From: Acidobacteriota bacterium
Lineage (GTDB): Bacteria > Acidobacteriota > Thermoanaerobaculia > Multivoradales > JAHEKO01
Direction: 5' to 3'
DNA: 64,000 nucleotides
Assembly: GCA_029862975.1 (NCBI GenBank)
Contig: JAOTWP010000004.1
Span: 7,392 to 71,391, forward strand
Under the pieces are notes generated by a model that did not search any database, was not told where the DNA came from, and saw only the letters and a list, made by a program, of their open reading frames with translations. The position numbers were made by a program, and so were the translations under genes. Shown here one piece after another: positions 61,611-64,000 of the stretch (position 1 is its first letter; every line of letters starts with the position of its first letter).

Positions 61611-63358
61611 GCCCCCGCACCCCGGAGACGCCGCCCCCGGTGCGGACCGCCGCGCAGCGCCAGCGGCGCAGCCGTCTCCTGCTCGTCTGCGCCGCTCAGG
61701 AGTCGAGCCAGGCGCTGAGCGCGCTGCAGGATCTGCCCGAGCTCGAGATCGTCGTCTGCACGGACAAGGACGCCGCCCTGTCCATGCTCGGGGCCGGCGG
61801 GATCGACCTCGTACTGCTCGAATCACTCGCCGACGGCACGAGCATGGCGGGCCTGTGCCGTGATCTGAGGGACGAGGGGCGCCCTCTCGACGTCGCCATC
61901 CTGGCCTTCGTCGACCCGGCGGCGGCGGGAGCCGTGGAGCTGGCGCTGGCGTCCGGCGCCTCCGACGTGATCGGGCTGCAGCCCGACCCGGCCCTGCTCG
62001 CCCATCGGGTCCGCCAGCTCGCGACCGAAGCCGCGGCCGGCACCTCGGCCCCGCGGGTCGACCAACTGACCGGACTGCCGGACCGGAAGGCCCTCCGGCG
62101 GGTCCTCGCGGCGCGCATCTCCGGCCGGCAGGCGGCGCGCACCGTCGCGGTCATCCTGCTGGACATCGATCGCTTCAAGAAGATCAACGACAGCCTCGGG
62201 CACGATTTCGGCGACCGCGTCCTGCTGGAGTTCGCGAAGCGCCTCGACGCCTCGCTCGGCGGCAACACCGCCGGCCGCGCGCTCGGCCGCTACGGCGGCG
62301 ACGAGTTCGCGTTGATGCTCGGCGACCTCGGTCGCGTCGGGGACGTGGCGCAGGCCGCGCGCAAGCTGCTCCGGGCGCTGGCCGAGCCGCTGGTCGTGCA
62401 GGGGCAGGAGATCTTCATCACGGCCAGCGTCGGAGCGGCGGTGGCGCCCGCCGACGGCGAGACGGCGGAGCTTCTGCTGCGCAACGCCGAGACCGCCATG
62501 TACGCGGCGAAGCGGGCCGGGCGCGACACGTTCAGGTTCTACACGGATCCGATGAGCGCCTCCGTGGGCCGCAAGTTCGACCTCGAGAACAAGCTGCGCC
62601 GGGCGCTGGAGCGCGACGAGCTCGAGGTCGTCTACCAGCCGATCGTGCAGGCGCGGCGCCAGACCTTGGTGGGCTTCGAAGCGCTGCTGCGCTGGCGCCG
62701 CCACGGCGAGCCTCCGAGCAATCCCGAGGAGTTCATCCCGATGGCCGAGGAGACCGGCCTCATCGTCGACATCGGTGAGTGGGTCCTGCGGGAGGCCTGC
62801 CTGCAGGGTCACGCCTGGAATCGCGCCGCCGTCTCGCCCGTCCGGGTCACGGTCAACATCTCGCATCGCCAGCTGCGCAGCCGTGGCTTCGTCAACTCGG
62901 TGGCCCGGGTTCTCGACGACACCGGCCTCGACGCCCGACTCCTCGAGCTCGAGATCACGGAGAGCAGCGTCGTCCGCAACGAGCGCGAGACGCTGACCGC
63001 CCTCCACCAGCTCAAGGTCCAGGGCATTCGCCTCGCGGTCGACGACTTCGGGACCGGGCACTCCGCCTTGAGCTACCTCAAGAAGTTCCCGCTCAACACG
63101 CTCAAGATCGATCAGTCGTTCACTCGCGGCATCACGACCGACGCCGACGACGCGGCGATCATCACGGCGACCATCAACATGGCCCACGGCTTGAACATGA
63201 CGGTCGTCGCGGAGGGCGTCGAGCTCGAAGAACAGCTCTACTTCTTGAGTCAGCACAAGTGCGACGAGGTCCAGGGCTTCCTCTTCTCCCTGCCGCTCGA
63301 TGCAGCCGAGGCCGGCCGGCGGCTGCAGCTGCCCACCTGGGGTCCCGCCTCGAGCTGA
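61607..63358 (+). CDS. degenerate receiver + GGDEF + EAL protein
   Basis: GTG overlaps the upstream stop (GTGA). RYGGDEFAL, FEALLRW, ELEITES, DDFGTGHS and VAEGVE motifs. Confidence 0.85.
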   Translation: MSPRTPETPPPVRTAAQRQRRSRLLLVCAAQESSQALSALQDLPELEIVVCTDKDAALSMLGAGGIDLVLLESLADGTSMAGLCRDLRDEGRPLDVAILAFVDPAAAGAVELALASGASDVIGLQPDPALLAHRVRQLATEAAAGTSAPRVDQLTGLPDRKALRRVLAARISGRQAARTVAVILLDIDRFKKINDSLGHDFGDRVLLEFAKRLDASLGGNTAGRALGRYGGDEFALMLGDLGRVGDVAQAARKLLRALAEPLVVQGQEIFITASVGAAVAPADGETAELLLRNAETAMYAAKRAGRDTFRFYTDPMSASVGRKFDLENKLRRALERDELEVVYQPIVQARRQTLVGFEALLRWRRHGEPPSNPEEFIPMAEETGLIVDIGEWVLREACLQGHAWNRAAVSPVRVTVNISHRQLRSRGFVNSVARVLDDTGLDARLLELEITESSVVRNERETLTALHQLKVQGIRLAVDDFGTGHSALSYLKKFPLNTLKIDQSFTRGITTDADDAAIITATINMAHGLNMTVVAEGVELEEQLYFLSQHKCDEVQGFLFSLPLDAAEAGRRLQLPTWGPASS

Positions 63359-63372
63359 CACCGCGCCCGACG

Positions 63373-63801
63373 ATGAGAATCGACGCCCGGACGGCCGCCA
63401 TCCTGCGCGACATCGCCGCCCACGAGCCCGTGAGCATGATCGTCGCGGGCGGCTGCATGCGGCCGTGCCTCGAGACCGGCGACCGGATCCGCGTCCGTGG
63501 CGGACGGATCTACTGGCCCGGTGACGTCGTCGCCTTCCACCGCGAGGACGGACGGCTGCTCGTCCATCGGGTCCTGGGCTACTTCCCGGGCCGCCGGGGC
63601 TGGTCGATCGTCGCCAAGGGCGACGGGCTCTCGCGGGAGGACGAGCCGGTCGCGCGCCGGGCCGTCATCGGGCGGGTCGTCGACCACCGCGGCCGCCCGG
63701 CGGCGGTGGGGGCGAGCCGGCGCTGCCGCTCGCTCCTCCAGCTCCTACGCGTCGCCCTCCGGCGCTCCCTCGGCCCATGGCGTTCGGCAACCAGTTCCTG
63801 A
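63373..63801 (+). CDS. small soluble S26B (SipW/Sec11-type)-like peptidase fold with Cys in place of the nucleophile Ser
   Basis: ATG at 63373. MIVAGGCMRPCLETGDRIRV aligns to the GxSMxPxxxxGD box, and GDVVAF...LLVHRVLG to the GDIVVF...VHRV box. Confidence 0.55.
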   Translation: MRIDARTAAILRDIAAHEPVSMIVAGGCMRPCLETGDRIRVRGGRIYWPGDVVAFHREDGRLLVHRVLGYFPGRRGWSIVAKGDGLSREDEPVARRAVIGRVVDHRGRPAAVGASRRCRSLLQLLRVALRRSLGPWRSATSS

Positions 63802-64000
63802 CGGAGCCGGCGCTCTTCCCCGCCCGCTGCGCCGGCCTGCCCGCCGGCGAGGCGCGGCTGGCCGTCGAGCTGCCCGGCGGGCCCTACCTGCTCGAGGGCC
63901 TCAGCGCCGGCCAGCACGCGGCGCTGGCCAGGCGGTACGGCGAGCGCTGCTCGAGTCCAGCGGCCGGCGCACGCGGCACCGAGCTCCGCGTCTTTCGCGC
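63777..64000 (+). CDS. hypothetical protein, 5' fragment (runs off the right window edge)
   Basis: Not in ORF track. ATG at 63777 opens MAFGNQFLTEPALFPARCAGLPAGEARLAVELPGGPYLLEGLSAGQHAALARRYGERC... with GC3-rich codons. Overlaps the previous gene by 25 nt. Confidence 0.4.
   Translation, partial: MAFGNQFLTEPALFPARCAGLPAGEARLAVELPGGPYLLEGLSAGQHAALARRYGERCSSPAAGARGTELRVFR

Overview
Very GC-rich (third codon positions almost all G/C) chromosomal window from a diderm bacterium. The phylum cannot be fixed from sequence alone. About 60 genes are supported, mostly in long same-strand arrays with overlapping stop/start codons (ATGA, GTGA, TAGTG). Most of the very long ORFs in the supplied track are antisense or out-of-frame shadow ORFs, and several real genes start well inside their track ORF.

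Housekeeping blocks:
- Envelope array on the minus strand: lolC/E-like, lolD, clpC, bamA, skp, lpxD, fabZ, lpxA, Gfo/Idh/MocA oxidoreductase, mtnP, surE, pcm, dedA-family, tRNA-Arg(CCT).
- hpt-ridA.
- aspS, aroB, HD-GYP, ftsY, hypothetical, hemW, ltaE.
- aroC.
- suhB, pyrC, pyrB, pyrR.
- smc.

Accessory content:
- A secreted-peptidase set (M23, S9, C25).
- GT2 plus thioesterase.
- MoxR plus VWA.
- vapBC with a clear promoter and operator.
- An orphan GspE/PilB ATPase.
- A bactofilin-like plus M23 pair.
- A trans-3-hydroxyproline dehydratase-like plus OCD-family reductase pair next to pepP.
- A c-di-GMP module.

Two items stand out:
1. At the left edge (1-5383), an eight-gene coupled operon: atypical ACP, KAS, five cytoplasmic proteins I cannot assign to any family, and a polyprenyl synthase. 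The five unassigned proteins have beta-sandwich-like repeats, phasin-like helices, Lys/Arg tails, an H1-like KKTAA repeat and a Cys/His cluster.
2. Two tandem ~224-nt structured-looking units (53926-54373) fill the 535-nt leader of the hydroxyproline genes.

No rRNA, CRISPR array, transposase or integrase was seen.
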